A stretch of 64,000 nt of DNA from Aquificaceae bacterium (lineage in GTDB: Bacteria > Aquificota > Aquificia > Aquificales > Aquificaceae). Each line of letters begins with the position of its first letter. The stretch's first letter is position 1. This document shows positions 28,775-38,567 of this stretch, one piece after another. The translations under genes and the position numbers were made by a program. The notes under the pieces are model-generated. The model ran no database searches and was not told the origin of the DNA. It saw only the letters and a list, made by a program, of their open reading frames with translations. The DNA is taken from the NCBI GenBank assembly GCA_041640635.1, contig JBEPZX010000001.1:64001-128000 (forward strand), read 5' to 3'.

Positions 28775-29176
28775 ATGATAAAGGTAGAAATTGTTACACC
28801 ACAGGGAAAGGCTCTAATAAGGGAAGTAAAGTCAGTAAACATACCAACATCAGAAGGAGAAATTGGAGTCTTAGAAAAGCATATGTATTTAATGACACTT
28901 CTAAAACCTGGTTTGGTCTATTTTGATGGAAATATGTCCGAGGGGTTAGCGGTTACATATGGTTATGTTGATGTAAGCCCTGAACGTGTAATAATTTTAG
29001 CTGAGGAAGCCTATACAATAGGCGAAATAGATGTAGGAAAGGAAAAAGAGGATTTTGACCGAGCTGTAAGACAACTTGCAACTGCTAAAACCTTAGAGGA
29101 AATTCAGGAATGGGAAAGAATTAGGGAAAAAGCTCGTACTTTATTGGAGCTGGTAGAAAGGTTTGGAGGGGTTTAA
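28775..29176 (+). CDS. atpC: ATP synthase F1 epsilon subunit
   Basis: VEIVTP, GEIGVL..H, L.PG, ILAEEA plus C-terminal helical hairpin. Confidence 0.92.
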   Translation: MIKVEIVTPQGKALIREVKSVNIPTSEGEIGVLEKHMYLMTLLKPGLVYFDGNMSEGLAVTYGYVDVSPERVIILAEEAYTIGEIDVGKEKEDFDRAVRQLATAKTLEEIQEWERIREKARTLLELVERFGGV

Positions 29177-29867
29177 GGAATTTTCCTTTTTTGGTGGTAA
29201 GGTAAAATTTAAACAACCAAAGGAACATAGACTCTCTGTTGTTGAACTATTGTTTGTTGCCAACTTAAAGATAATAAAAAAATCATCTAAGGTTTTAGAT
29301 CTAGGTGCCGGTTTTGGTGCTTTGTCCATACTAATTGCCCTCAAATTTGGGTGTGAAGTGTATGCTTTAGAAAGAGATTCTGTTATGCTGAATTTGTTAC
29401 GTTATAATCTGAGGATTAATAAGCTGGTAGACAAAATAAAAGTTATTGAAGCTGATTTAAAGTATTACAATAAGTTTATAAAACCATCTTATTTCGATTG
29501 TGTTGTAGTTAATCCACCTTTTTATACGCAGGAAAATACAAATAATCCTTATCACTTTGAAACGGATACAAAACTCGAAGATTTTTTAGATTGTGCGTAT
29601 TATGCTTTAAAAAATAATGGATATTTGAATTTATTAATACCTACGAATAGATTGAATGAAGTTTATAAAAATCTTTCTGTGAAGGATTTAGTCCCTGTTT
29701 ATATACGTTTCTTCTATGCAAAAGAGAATAAAAATGCGAAATTAGCACGAATAGTTTGTAAAAAAAAGGCAAAAAGCCAGGTAACTATAGAAAAACCTTT
29801 GATCATAAATAAATTAGATGGTAGCTACACTCCTGAGGTTCAAAACATAATAAATTTTATGATATAA
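29163..29867 (+). CDS. SAM-dependent methyltransferase (tRNA1(Val) A37-N6 / YfiC-like)
   Basis: VLDLGAGFG, VVVNPPF; TTG start uncertain. Confidence 0.8.
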   Translation: MEGFKEFSFFGGKVKFKQPKEHRLSVVELLFVANLKIIKKSSKVLDLGAGFGALSILIALKFGCEVYALERDSVMLNLLRYNLRINKLVDKIKVIEADLKYYNKFIKPSYFDCVVVNPPFYTQENTNNPYHFETDTKLEDFLDCAYYALKNNGYLNLLIPTNRLNEVYKNLSVKDLVPVYIRFFYAKENKNAKLARIVCKKKAKSQVTIEKPLIINKLDGSYTPEVQNIINFMI

Positions 29868-29891
29868 TAGGAAAGTTTTTAGGAGGAGTTT

Positions 29892-30440
29892 ATGAAACTA
29901 CCTGAAAAGTTGGTAGATCGAATAAGTGATAGGATAATAAATGAGCTAACTCAAGAAGGGTTAGTTGAGGCGGAGGATGCCTATACCTTTAAAAAAAAGA
30001 TAGTAGCCATATTTAAGAAAGCTCAGGAAGAAGAACGACTTCTCGATGAAGAAACTAAAGAAATTCTTAGAACAAAGTTGGAGTTGCTTGAGGAAGCTAG
30101 TTTAGATTTTAGATCAGCATTCAAGGCAGTAAGGGCAAGATTGGCAGAAGAGAAAAATATTCATATTTCAAAAAGAGAGAGAATAAATCAAATAGCTAAT
30201 ATGATAATGGACCTTATACTGGAGGATCAATCGATAGAAATATTCGATGATCCACCTAATATAAGAAAACGTATAAGACAGATTCTAATGGATGCGGTAA
30301 AAGAGGAAGAAGACATAGATAAAGAGGTTAGGGAAAGAATAAAGTCCTACTCAAGGAGAATAGTGGAAGGAACACCTGAGTGGAATCATCTGTACAAAAA
30401 GATATACGAAGATGCATTAAAAAGAAGGGGCTTATTGTAA
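29892..30440 (+). CDS. DUF507-like protein (two internal repeats)
   Basis: Repeated E...LD.E.R helical units; EGTPEW..LY; SD AGGAGG. Confidence 0.7.
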   Translation: MKLPEKLVDRISDRIINELTQEGLVEAEDAYTFKKKIVAIFKKAQEEERLLDEETKEILRTKLELLEEASLDFRSAFKAVRARLAEEKNIHISKRERINQIANMIMDLILEDQSIEIFDDPPNIRKRIRQILMDAVKEEEDIDKEVRERIKSYSRRIVEGTPEWNHLYKKIYEDALKRRGLL

Positions 30441-30522
30441 ACTCTTTAAGAGATTACAAGCACATCAATTAAGTCTAGATATAAATTGCTATTGCCTAAT
30501 TAAATCCTTGCGGTTACTGAGC

Positions 30523-31155
30523 TTAGGGTAAATAAGCTATTGGATTTTGCCTGTTTCCATACTTTATCACTTCGTAATGGAGATGTGGTCCAGATGTTCT
30601 TCCTGTCATACCTACGAATCCTACTACTTGTCCTTTTACTACCTTGTCACCGTAGCCTACTGTATAATCAGATAAATGTCCATATAAGGTAACAAATCCA
30701 TGACCATGGTAAACTATAACACTTTTGCCATAACCGTTAATCCATCCTACGTAAATAACTTTTCCGTCTGAGGTTACACTTACAGGTGTGCCATGAGGTG
30801 CTGCTATATCAATTCCGGTATGAAATTCCCTTTGTCCTCTGAACACCCTCCAGCCATAATCGGATGTTACTATTCCCACCACTGGCCATATGTCAGGTTT
30901 TGTCATCTCTACAGTTCTTATATCTAAAAGTTCACTTAATGCTGCATCCTTTGAAACTTCAATTGCGATTATTTCTTCAACTTCTTGTGTACTTAGTTGA
31001 TTCTGTGAAAGGCTATTTTGCTCTATCTGTATGGTTTTGTTCTTAGGAATTTGAAAGGAGTCTTCTGCAGGCCCACCAGATCCTATTGGTGAAGTATTCA
31101 CTAAAGGCTTGCAGAAAACCCCCCCAACAGCTAACGCAAGTAATAGCTTTTTCAT
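30523..31155 (-). CDS. M23-family peptidase, exported
   Basis: HTGIDI, LYGHL, TGRTSGPHLHYEV; SD GGAGG before ATG 31155 and signal-like MKKLLLALA. Confidence 0.9.
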   Translation of the reverse strand: MKKLLLALAVGGVFCKPLVNTSPIGSGGPAEDSFQIPKNKTIQIEQNSLSQNQLSTQEVEEIIAIEVSKDAALSELLDIRTVEMTKPDIWPVVGIVTSDYGWRVFRGQREFHTGIDIAAPHGTPVSVTSDGKVIYVGWINGYGKSVIVYHGHGFVTLYGHLSDYTVGYGDKVVKGQVVGFVGMTGRTSGPHLHYEVIKYGNRQNPIAYLP

Positions 31156-31189
31156 AGGAATACCTCCTATTTTTTTATAACTATTAACC

Positions 31190-31222
31190 ATAATACATCT
31201 AGTAATTAACTTGTGTCAAGTT
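31190..31222 (-). promoter_or_regulatory. Sigma70-like promoter of the M23 gene with palindrome over the -35
   Basis: TTGACA (31219-31214), 18 nt, TATTAT (31195-31190); inverted repeat AACTTG-N3-CAAGTT at 31208-31222. Confidence 0.55.
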
Positions 31223-31290
31223 TTTATTATAATAGGTCGTAAAATCTTATAAATTGGTTTAGCCAATGAAAAAGGTAGAAATTTCTTTAG

Positions 31291-31689
31291 TTAGGAACTT
31301 ATTATTTTAACTATAACTTTTCTCTCCCTAGGACCATCAAACTCCGCTAAAAATATAGATTCCCACGTACCTAAGACTAAATCACCATTTTCAACAGGAA
31401 TTATTCTTGAGTTACCAATTATAGAACTCCTTATGTGGGCAGCTGAATTACCTTCCGCATGTTGGTAGTTTGAATCGCTCCAAGGTATTAATTTTTCCAA
31501 GAAATACACAATGTCCTTAACAACATCTGGGTCCGCACCTTCGTTTATGAATATACATGCTGTAGTATGTGGGACGTAAACAACGCATAATCCATCATTT
31601 ATACCGCTTCTTTTTACTTCTTCCTTTACATGATTAGTTATATTTACGATGCTAGTCTTTCTAGTCGTTTTAATCTTAATTATTCCCAT
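31291..31689 (-). CDS. yjbQ: YjbQ/UPF0047 family protein
   Basis: PHTTA..INE.ADPDV, HAEGNSAAH, LGTWE.I...EFDGPR. Confidence 0.92.
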   Translation of the reverse strand: MGIIKIKTTRKTSIVNITNHVKEEVKRSGINDGLCVVYVPHTTACIFINEGADPDVVKDIVYFLEKLIPWSDSNYQHAEGNSAAHIRSSIIGNSRIIPVENGDLVLGTWESIFLAEFDGPRERKVIVKIISS

Positions 31690-32165
31690 TACCCTTGCTT
31701 AATTTTGAATACGCACTTTTCTTTGCCTTGCGCTTGGCATTGTATTTCCTTTACTTCTATACTCTTTTCTAAGAGTTCACTCAAAAAGCCTTTGAAAAAT
31801 CCTGCCATAGGTTCGCATACTGGCTTTTCACTAGTTCCGACAGCTTCTACCAATATGGAGCCTTCTACTTTTATTTCCATTTTTTCTATATCGTACTCAA
31901 ATATGTCTAATAGCCTAGATGATTCTGCTATTATGGTCAAAATATCTAAAGCTTCATCTAACCTATCTGTATATAGGTTATACCTGTCCTTAAGTATACG
32001 TGCTCCTTTTTTACCACCGTACTCTGTAGCTTTTTTAATTATTTTATCGATACCAAGCTTCGAAAGTTTATGCAGATCTTTGTATCCGTCGATGAGTGCA
32101 GCACGATGTATTAATACAGACTCCCTTTCTATGGCTTCTGCAAGAATTCTAAGTTTATCGCTCAT
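31689..32165 (-). CDS. Stand-alone V4R-domain protein
   Basis: PVCEPMAGFFKG..E..EIQCQAQGKEKCVF; ATGA overlap with upstream gene (alternative start 32174). Confidence 0.8.
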   Translation of the reverse strand: MSDKLRILAEAIERESVLIHRAALIDGYKDLHKLSKLGIDKIIKKATEYGGKKGARILKDRYNLYTDRLDEALDILTIIAESSRLLDIFEYDIEKMEIKVEGSILVEAVGTSEKPVCEPMAGFFKGFLSELLEKSIEVKEIQCQAQGKEKCVFKIKQG

Positions 32166-32473
32166 AGATTCCATCCCATACTCCTTAATTTTTCCTTTCC
32201 TTCTTCAGATATTTTATCCTTATTCCATGGTGGCTCAAACACAAAGTTTACCACTACATCTTTTAGATGAGGAAAGCTATCTAAAATGTACTGTTTGATA
32301 TGTTGTGCAAAATAGTTTTTAGCAGGGCACCCCTGGACAGTAAGCGTCATATCTATGTAAGCTATATCATCCCTAACTAATACACCATATATCAATCCTA
32401 AGTTAACTATATCCAGTGGTATCTCTGGATCTCTTACTCCTTTAAGTTTTTCTAATATATCAAGCTCTATCAT
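32162..32473 (-). CDS. DUF59/SufT-like metal-sulfur cluster assembly factor
   Basis: V.DPEI..DIVNLGLIY, MTLT..GCP, FEPPW. Confidence 0.9.
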   Translation of the reverse strand: MIELDILEKLKGVRDPEIPLDIVNLGLIYGVLVRDDIAYIDMTLTVQGCPAKNYFAQHIKQYILDSFPHLKDVVVNFVFEPPWNKDKISEEGKEKLRSMGWNL

Positions 32474-32492
32474 AGTTGTATAAAAATATAAC

Positions 32493-33482
32493 TCATAAAT
32501 CCCCTTTTAGCTGATTTTGTTTTAGTTCCCACTTCCATGCAGTTTCTACGATGATATCTAAGCTATTGTATTGAGGAACCCATCCAAAAAGTTGTCTAAT
32601 CTTTGTGTTACCAGATACTAAGTTTGGTGGATCTCCTTCTCTTCTTGGGGAATGTCTTACCTCAAAGTTTACTTTCGTAACTTCTTTAACTTTTCTTATA
32701 ACTTCTAAAACAGAATAACCGTGACCATAGCCTACATTTAGTATTTCACTTTTACCACCTTTTATTAAATAATCCAGCGCATCTGTGTGAGCTTTAGCTA
32801 AATCCATTACGTGTATATAGTCTCGGATACATGTTCCATCATGTGTTGGGTAATCAGTTCCGTAAATTTCCAAATAGGGAAACTCTCCTTTTGCTGTTTT
32901 TACTGCTCTTAATATTAAGTGAGTTGGGTTTTTGCTAACCTGACCTATTTTTAAGTCTGGATCTGCTCCTGCCACATTAAAGTATCTTAGGATTATGTAC
33001 TGAAAACCTTTTGCGTTTGCTTGATCCATTATTATTCTTTCCGAAAAGAGCTTGCTCCATCCGTATGGATTTATTGGTACAGTTGGGTCTTCCTCCTTTA
33101 CTGGAACCTTCTGAGGAATTCCATAAACAGCAGCTGTTGAGGAAAATATGATGTAGTTAATCCCTAATTCCTCCATGGCTTTTAAAAGGTTTAGAGTACC
33201 CATGGTGTTGTTTTCGTAATACATCAAAGGTTCTTTAACGCTTTCTGGAACTACCACTTTTGCAGCAAAGTGCATAACGGCATCTGGTTGAAACTCTTTC
33301 ATAGCCTTCTTTAGGCTTTCATAGTCCAGCATATCTCCAACTACGAGCTTCCCATACAGGACTGCCCACGGATTACCGGTGGATAGGTTATCGTAGGTTA
33401 AAACTTGGTGCCCTAACTCTCCCAAAAGTTTTACAACATGAGAACCTACGTACCCTGCTCCTCCGGTTACAAATATACGCAT
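32493..33482 (-). CDS. galE: UDP-glucose 4-epimerase
   Basis: TGGAGYVGSH, FSSTAAVYG, YGWSK, LRYFNVAGA, RDYIHV. Confidence 0.96.
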   Translation of the reverse strand: MRIFVTGGAGYVGSHVVKLLGELGHQVLTYDNLSTGNPWAVLYGKLVVGDMLDYESLKKAMKEFQPDAVMHFAAKVVVPESVKEPLMYYENNTMGTLNLLKAMEELGINYIIFSSTAAVYGIPQKVPVKEEDPTVPINPYGWSKLFSERIIMDQANAKGFQYIILRYFNVAGADPDLKIGQVSKNPTHLILRAVKTAKGEFPYLEIYGTDYPTHDGTCIRDYIHVMDLAKAHTDALDYLIKGGKSEILNVGYGHGYSVLEVIRKVKEVTKVNFEVRHSPRREGDPPNLVSGNTKIRQLFGWVPQYNSLDIIVETAWKWELKQNQLKGDL

Positions 33483-33507
33483 GCAAGTATTATATATAGC
33501 TTTTTAC

Positions 33508-33580
33508 TCGGGGTGAGGGGACTCGAACCCCTGACCTTCGGCTCCCGAAGCCGACGCTCTACCACCTGAGCCACACCCCG
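33508..33580 (-). tRNA. tRNA-Pro (anticodon CGG), CCA not encoded
   Basis: CGGGGTG TG GCTC AGGTGGTA GAGC G TCGGC TT-CGG-GA GCCGA AGGTC AGGGG TTCGAGT CCCCT CACCCCG A; full cloverleaf. Confidence 0.96.
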
Positions 33581-33581
33581 T

Positions 33582-34865
33582 CTAGTTTTTACTAAGAAAA
33601 TCCGTTATTTTCTTAGCCCATTTGTTGGCTACGTGCTTTACTTCCTGCATATCTATGGTTTTTAGTTCCCTTTTCTCCATAAGGACTCTTCCCTTGCACA
33701 CGAGGGTGTCTATGTCACAGGATTTAGCCGAGTAAACCACTTGCGATACAGGCTCATACAAAGGTTGCAAGTGCGGTTTGTCCAAGTCTATCAAAATTAT
33801 ATCAGCTTCAAAGCCTTCCTTTATCATACCTGCCTTTATGTTGCATGCTGAGAAACCATTGTAAGTAGCTATTTCCAGAGCTTTTCTTGCATCCATGGCT
33901 TTGGCATCTAAAGATGCACCTTTTTGAAGTTTAACCATTGTGGAGAGTTCCTCCAACATATCGAGGTTATCGTTGGATGCTGGTCCATCTGTGCCTAAGC
34001 ATACGTGTATTCCGTGCTTTATGTAACGGCTTATTGGTGCAATACCTGAGGCTAATTTTAGGTTACTTTCTGGACAGTGAATAACTTTGGTGTTTCTGTG
34101 TTTGATTATTTCAAATTCTTCGTCCGAAAGCCAAACCATGTGAGCGCACAAAACCTTTTCTGACAAAAAGCCAATTGATTCCAAGTGCATTATTGGTGTC
34201 TTGGAGTAGGTTTCTTTTATTCTTTCCACTTCGCCTTTTGATTCTGCTACATGTGTGTGTATTAATACGTTTTCTTCATCAGACAGTTCCTTTACCATCT
34301 TTAGTGTATTTGGTGAACATGTGTAAGGGGCATGAGGGCACAAGACTGGGAAAACCAAGGGATCATTTTTGAAATCTCTTATAAATTCCTTTGCTCTTTG
34401 TATGTACTCCTTTGGAGTTTTTGCCACCTTTGTGGGAAAGTCTAAAATACCAAATCCAAGACCCACCCTAATACCTGCATCCTTTGCTACCTTTGCCACT
34501 TCTTCTTCAAAAAAGTACATATCCATAAGTAAAGAGGTTCCAGATAGTATACTTTCTGCTATTCCAAGGAGCGCTCCATCTCTAACAAACTCCTTAGAAA
34601 CAAACTCGCTCTCTAAAGGCCATATGACTTTTTGTAACCAATCCATCAAGGGAAGATCGCTTCCTAAGCCTCTCAGAAGTGTCATAGAAATGTGTGTGTG
34701 CATATTGGCAAAAGCCGGTAATGCCAATTTACCGTTGGCGTGTATTATCTCTCTTGCATCCTCTTCCATTTGATCTACATAGATAATCTTTCCATCCTTT
34801 ATACCTATGTTACTACGCTTACCCGTATCAAATATCAGCGCATCCTTTATCAGCAGATCTAACAT
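33582..34865 (-). CDS. mtaD: Amidohydrolase, 5-methylthioadenosine/S-adenosylhomocysteine deaminase
   Basis: NMHTH, DMYF, PHAPYTC, HTHVAES, HCPESNLKLASG, GTDGPASN. Confidence 0.88.
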   Translation of the reverse strand: MLDLLIKDALIFDTGKRSNIGIKDGKIIYVDQMEEDAREIIHANGKLALPAFANMHTHISMTLLRGLGSDLPLMDWLQKVIWPLESEFVSKEFVRDGALLGIAESILSGTSLLMDMYFFEEEVAKVAKDAGIRVGLGFGILDFPTKVAKTPKEYIQRAKEFIRDFKNDPLVFPVLCPHAPYTCSPNTLKMVKELSDEENVLIHTHVAESKGEVERIKETYSKTPIMHLESIGFLSEKVLCAHMVWLSDEEFEIIKHRNTKVIHCPESNLKLASGIAPISRYIKHGIHVCLGTDGPASNDNLDMLEELSTMVKLQKGASLDAKAMDARKALEIATYNGFSACNIKAGMIKEGFEADIILIDLDKPHLQPLYEPVSQVVYSAKSCDIDTLVCKGRVLMEKRELKTIDMQEVKHVANKWAKKITDFLSKN

Positions 34866-34885
34866 AGGTTTATATTATAAAGTTT

Positions 34886-35584
34886 ATGGTAGTAGAAGAA
34901 ATACTAAAGCTTCAAGAAAAGGAACAGAGAATATACAATTTGGAAAAAACATTGAAAGTTTTAGAAAAAAGTAAGCAAGAAATTCTGCTTAATATTGATG
35001 CTATAGATCAAGCAGAACAAAAATTAAAATCTCAAATACAGTATTTAGAGAAGCACATAAAAGGGCTAGAGGAAAATATACAAATATGTAAAGAAAAAAT
35101 TAAAAAAGCAGAAAGAAACCTTGCTTTGGTTAAGAGAGCTGATGATTACAAGAAAGTATTAAGAGAAAAAGCAAACAATGAAAACTGTGTTATAAAGCTT
35201 TCCAATCAGCTCCAAGAAGCAAAAAAAAACAAGGAGACTCTAAGAAAACAATTGGAAAACTATTCGATGGAAGTACAGAAGAAACGACAGCATCTTACCC
35301 TTGAACTTCAGGAAATAAATGCTGATACAGATAGGATACAGAAAGAACTTAAAGAAACCTACCAAGAAGTGCAGAGGTTAAAGGAAAGTATGGATAAAAA
35401 TGTTTTATCCGAATACGAAAAACTGAAAGCTCAAATGGGACTTCCAGTAATGGTGAAGGTTGATGCCTTTAGAGCTTGTGGTGGGTGTGGCATGGTTCTC
35501 CCTTCTTCTTTATACTTAAACTTAATAGCAGGTAAGGTAATTAAATGCCCCAGCTGTAAACGGTTAGTCTATTATGAAGCTTGA
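34886..35584 (+). CDS. Coiled-coil C4 zinc-ribbon protein (DUF164/CT398-like)
   Basis: Long coiled coil followed by CGGC and CPSC.R. Confidence 0.85.
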   Translation: MVVEEILKLQEKEQRIYNLEKTLKVLEKSKQEILLNIDAIDQAEQKLKSQIQYLEKHIKGLEENIQICKEKIKKAERNLALVKRADDYKKVLREKANNENCVIKLSNQLQEAKKNKETLRKQLENYSMEVQKKRQHLTLELQEINADTDRIQKELKETYQEVQRLKESMDKNVLSEYEKLKAQMGLPVMVKVDAFRACGGCGMVLPSSLYLNLIAGKVIKCPSCKRLVYYEA

Positions 35585-36674
35585 TTTAAAGAATTACGAC
35601 TTAAAACTCCTGGTTATATTGTCAATTATTCAAATTGTAAGTTTATTTGCTATCTACAGTGCTACCTATAAATCTGTGCTTAACGTTATGTTTTTTAAGC
35701 ATGTCGTGTACTTATTACTTGGGTGGTTAGTAATTCTGTTCCTTTCCCGTATAAACTATAAATCTTTACATGATATATCCCTTTTCGTATTTATGTTAAA
35801 TTTATTTTTATTAGTACTTGTACCTATAATAGGAAAAACCGTTTACGGAGCAAAGCGGTGGATAGATATAGGACCAATAAATTTACAGCCCTCTGAATTT
35901 ATGAAGTTTTCTCTCATACTCTTTCTTTCTTCTTTCCTGAGCCGCGCTTCAAGACTTCTCAGTAAAGAAACGGGTATTATGCTTTTGGGGCTTTTGATGG
36001 CTAGTGTATTGACACTAAAGCAGCCTGACCTTGGAACTACTATAACTTATTGGGTGATATTTGTGAGCCTGCTATTTTTGTATGGTGTAAGGATAAGGTA
36101 CTTTGTTTTTTCTGCTATAGCTTTTGTGGTGGCTTCCCCCTTCTTGTGGCATTTTTTGAAAGACTACCAAAAAAACCGGATACTTGCTGTAATAGATCCT
36201 TACAAAGATTATCTAGGAAGCGGTTACCAGATAATACAGTCCATGATAGCCATAGGATCTGGTGGTTTAATAGGTAAAGGCTTTCTGAAGGGAACACAGG
36301 TGCATTTGCTTTTCTTACCAGAAAAGCACACAGACTTTATCTTTGCTACTGTAGCGGAAGAGTGGGGCTTTTTTGTTAGCTTTTTGCTGGTTTCCTGTTT
36401 TTTCGGTATTTACTTTTTACTCATAGATTACGCCAGAAAGGTTCAGGACAGAACCGCTAGCCTGATACTGGCAAGCTCTGCGCTTCTCATACTCTTTCAG
36501 TCTTTTACCAACGTAATTATGACCATGGGTATGGCTCCTGTTGTAGGTATACCCTTACCCTTTGTAAGTTACGGAGGAAGCGCAATACTTACCTTTAGCC
36601 TTATCCTAGGAATGTGCTTTTCCATAATAAGAGAATACAAGCTAAGTCCCATAAAGTTTCATCAAAATGATTAA
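35574..36674 (+). CDS. rodA: Rod shape-determining protein RodA (SEDS)
   Basis: GAKRWI, QPSEF.K, QPDLGT, GYQ..QS.IAIGSGG, LPEKHTDFIF, SYGGS. Confidence 0.93.
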   Translation: MKLDLKNYDLKLLVILSIIQIVSLFAIYSATYKSVLNVMFFKHVVYLLLGWLVILFLSRINYKSLHDISLFVFMLNLFLLVLVPIIGKTVYGAKRWIDIGPINLQPSEFMKFSLILFLSSFLSRASRLLSKETGIMLLGLLMASVLTLKQPDLGTTITYWVIFVSLLFLYGVRIRYFVFSAIAFVVASPFLWHFLKDYQKNRILAVIDPYKDYLGSGYQIIQSMIAIGSGGLIGKGFLKGTQVHLLFLPEKHTDFIFATVAEEWGFFVSFLLVSCFFGIYFLLIDYARKVQDRTASLILASSALLILFQSFTNVIMTMGMAPVVGIPLPFVSYGGSAILTFSLILGMCFSIIREYKLSPIKFHQND

Positions 36675-37782
36675 AGGACTTTATATCCACATACCTTTTT
36701 GCCATTATAAGTGCCCTTACTGTGATTTTGTCTCCTTTACCAATGACTTTCCCTATGAGCTTTACCTTAAATACATTTTGCAAGAAGCTAATTTATACAA
36801 AGACGTGGATATGGATATAAAAACCATCTACTTGGGTGGTGGAACTCCGTCTATTTTGGATACGAAGCTTTACAGAAGCTTTCTTGCTCAACTATCGAAG
36901 GTGTTTGACACCTCTGGTGTAGAAGAAATTTCCATCGAATGCAATCCAGAGGACTACAGAGAGAATGACTTTAAGGCTTTGTTGGACGTGGGATTTACAA
37001 GAATTAGTATAGGTGTCCAGAGTTTTACAGAAAAAGGTCTTTTAAACTTAGGTAGAAATCACTCTCCAAAGGAATCTATTGAAAGTGTGCACAGTGCATA
37101 CAAGGCTGGCTTTGATAACATAAATGTAGATATCATTTACGGCTATCCTCACCAAACCTTAGAAGATCTAAAGAAAGATTTAGAAATGGTAAGTAGCCTT
37201 CCCGTAAAGCACGTTTCCTTTTATCTTCTCACACCTTACGAGGACACCCTTTTTGGTGAGCTCTTTCAGAAAAAGATGCTGAAAATACCAGAGGAAAAGG
37301 AAATTGAGGAGATGTTTCTTCTTATACACGAAAGTATGGAAGACTTAGGATTTGAGCATTACGAAGTATCCAACTACGCAATAGAAGGCTACCAATGCAA
37401 GCATAACCTCATATACTGGAATCAAGAAGAATTTTTAGGTTTAGGTGTGAGCGCTTGGAGTTTCTATGAAAATTTAAGGTTTGGTAATGTAAGAAACTTA
37501 AGTGTGTATATGGAAACTTTAAGGAAAGGGGAAAAACCTGTAGCTTACGAGGAAAAACTGGAAGGTCTAGAGCTACTAAAAGATTACGTGTTTTTAAAGC
37601 TTAGAACCTCTGAAGGTATTCCTAAGCTGAAGGAAATCCCGTGGGATAAGGTGTTTGAGGAATTGGGTGAGTTTTTGATAGACGAGGGAGAAAGGGTTGC
37701 CTTAAATCCAAAGGGTATGCTTCTTATAAATGAGGTTCTTCTTAGGTTATTCAAACTTATAGAACATCCACATGTGGTTTAA
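36667..37782 (+). CDS. hemW: Radical SAM heme chaperone HemW (HemN-like)
   Basis: YIHIPFCHYKCPYCDF, GGGTPS, YEVSN, HN..YW. Confidence 0.9.
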   Translation: MIKGLYIHIPFCHYKCPYCDFVSFTNDFPYELYLKYILQEANLYKDVDMDIKTIYLGGGTPSILDTKLYRSFLAQLSKVFDTSGVEEISIECNPEDYRENDFKALLDVGFTRISIGVQSFTEKGLLNLGRNHSPKESIESVHSAYKAGFDNINVDIIYGYPHQTLEDLKKDLEMVSSLPVKHVSFYLLTPYEDTLFGELFQKKMLKIPEEKEIEEMFLLIHESMEDLGFEHYEVSNYAIEGYQCKHNLIYWNQEEFLGLGVSAWSFYENLRFGNVRNLSVYMETLRKGEKPVAYEEKLEGLELLKDYVFLKLRTSEGIPKLKEIPWDKVFEELGEFLIDEGERVALNPKGMLLINEVLLRLFKLIEHPHVV

Positions 37783-38547
37783 GGGTCCATGCCCTTTTCC
37801 TATTTTGAGGTTGTTCTCTATTGCCTTTTGTATGTAGTCTTTGGCTTTTTTTATGGATGTCTTTAGATCCATTCCCTTTGCAAGGAAAGCGGTAATGGCA
37901 GAGGAGAGTGTGCAACCAGTCCCATGCGTATTTTTTGTCTTAACAAACTCACCTTTAAGATACTCAAAGTTTACACCATCGTAAAAGACATCCACGTTTT
38001 CTCCACTTTCAAGATGCCCGCCTTTTACAAGCACGGCTTTGCATCCAAGAGATAACAGAAATTTACAAGCCTTTTCCATATCCTCAACGGATCTTATTTT
38101 GAAGTTGCACAATCTTTCAGCTTCCGGAATGTTTGGTGTGATTAGAGCGGCTAATGGGATGAGTTTTTCAATAAGTGCTTTTTGCGCTCTCTCCTCTAAG
38201 AGTGGATACCCCGATTTACTGTACATCACCGTATCTACAACCAACTTCTCTATGGAAAAGTCTTTTACGGCTTTTGCCACAAATTCTATGATGTCTTCTC
38301 TATGTAACATACCCGTCTTTACAGCATCCACACCTATGTCTTCCATTACTACTTTTATTTGCTCATAAACCATCTGAGGGGGAACGTCCAGAACACCGTA
38401 AACACCTTGCGTGTTCTGAACGGTGACAGACGTTATAGCAGACATTCCATAAACACCTAAAGCGGTAAAAGTTTTCAAATCGGCTTGAATACCTGCTCCA
38501 CCGCTACTGTCGGATCCAGCTATGGTCAAGGCTCTTGGTATGTGCAT
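37747..38547 (-). CDS. thiD: Hydroxymethylpyrimidine/phosphomethylpyrimidine kinase
   Basis: IAGSDSSGGAGIQADLKT, TPNIPEA, KGGH, HGTGCTL. Confidence 0.96.
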   Translation of the reverse strand: MHIPRALTIAGSDSSGGAGIQADLKTFTALGVYGMSAITSVTVQNTQGVYGVLDVPPQMVYEQIKVVMEDIGVDAVKTGMLHREDIIEFVAKAVKDFSIEKLVVDTVMYSKSGYPLLEERAQKALIEKLIPLAALITPNIPEAERLCNFKIRSVEDMEKACKFLLSLGCKAVLVKGGHLESGENVDVFYDGVNFEYLKGEFVKTKNTHGTGCTLSSAITAFLAKGMDLKTSIKKAKDYIQKAIENNLKIGKGHGPLNHMWMFYKFE

Positions 38548-38567
38548 AAAACTATAAGATAATTCCT

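Noticed and set aside
30441..30522. Possible small RNA in the DUF507/M23 convergent gap
   Set aside because: No stable stem or known family motif that I can recognise; a covariance search would be needed
33508..33580. tRNA-Pro as an integration site
   Set aside because: No duplicated tRNA 3' end noticed and both neighbours are housekeeping genes
38548..38567. TPP riboswitch before thiD (and Moco riboswitch before moaE)
   Set aside because: Only 20 nt upstream of thiD; the moaE upstream region is fully occupied by promoters with no leader
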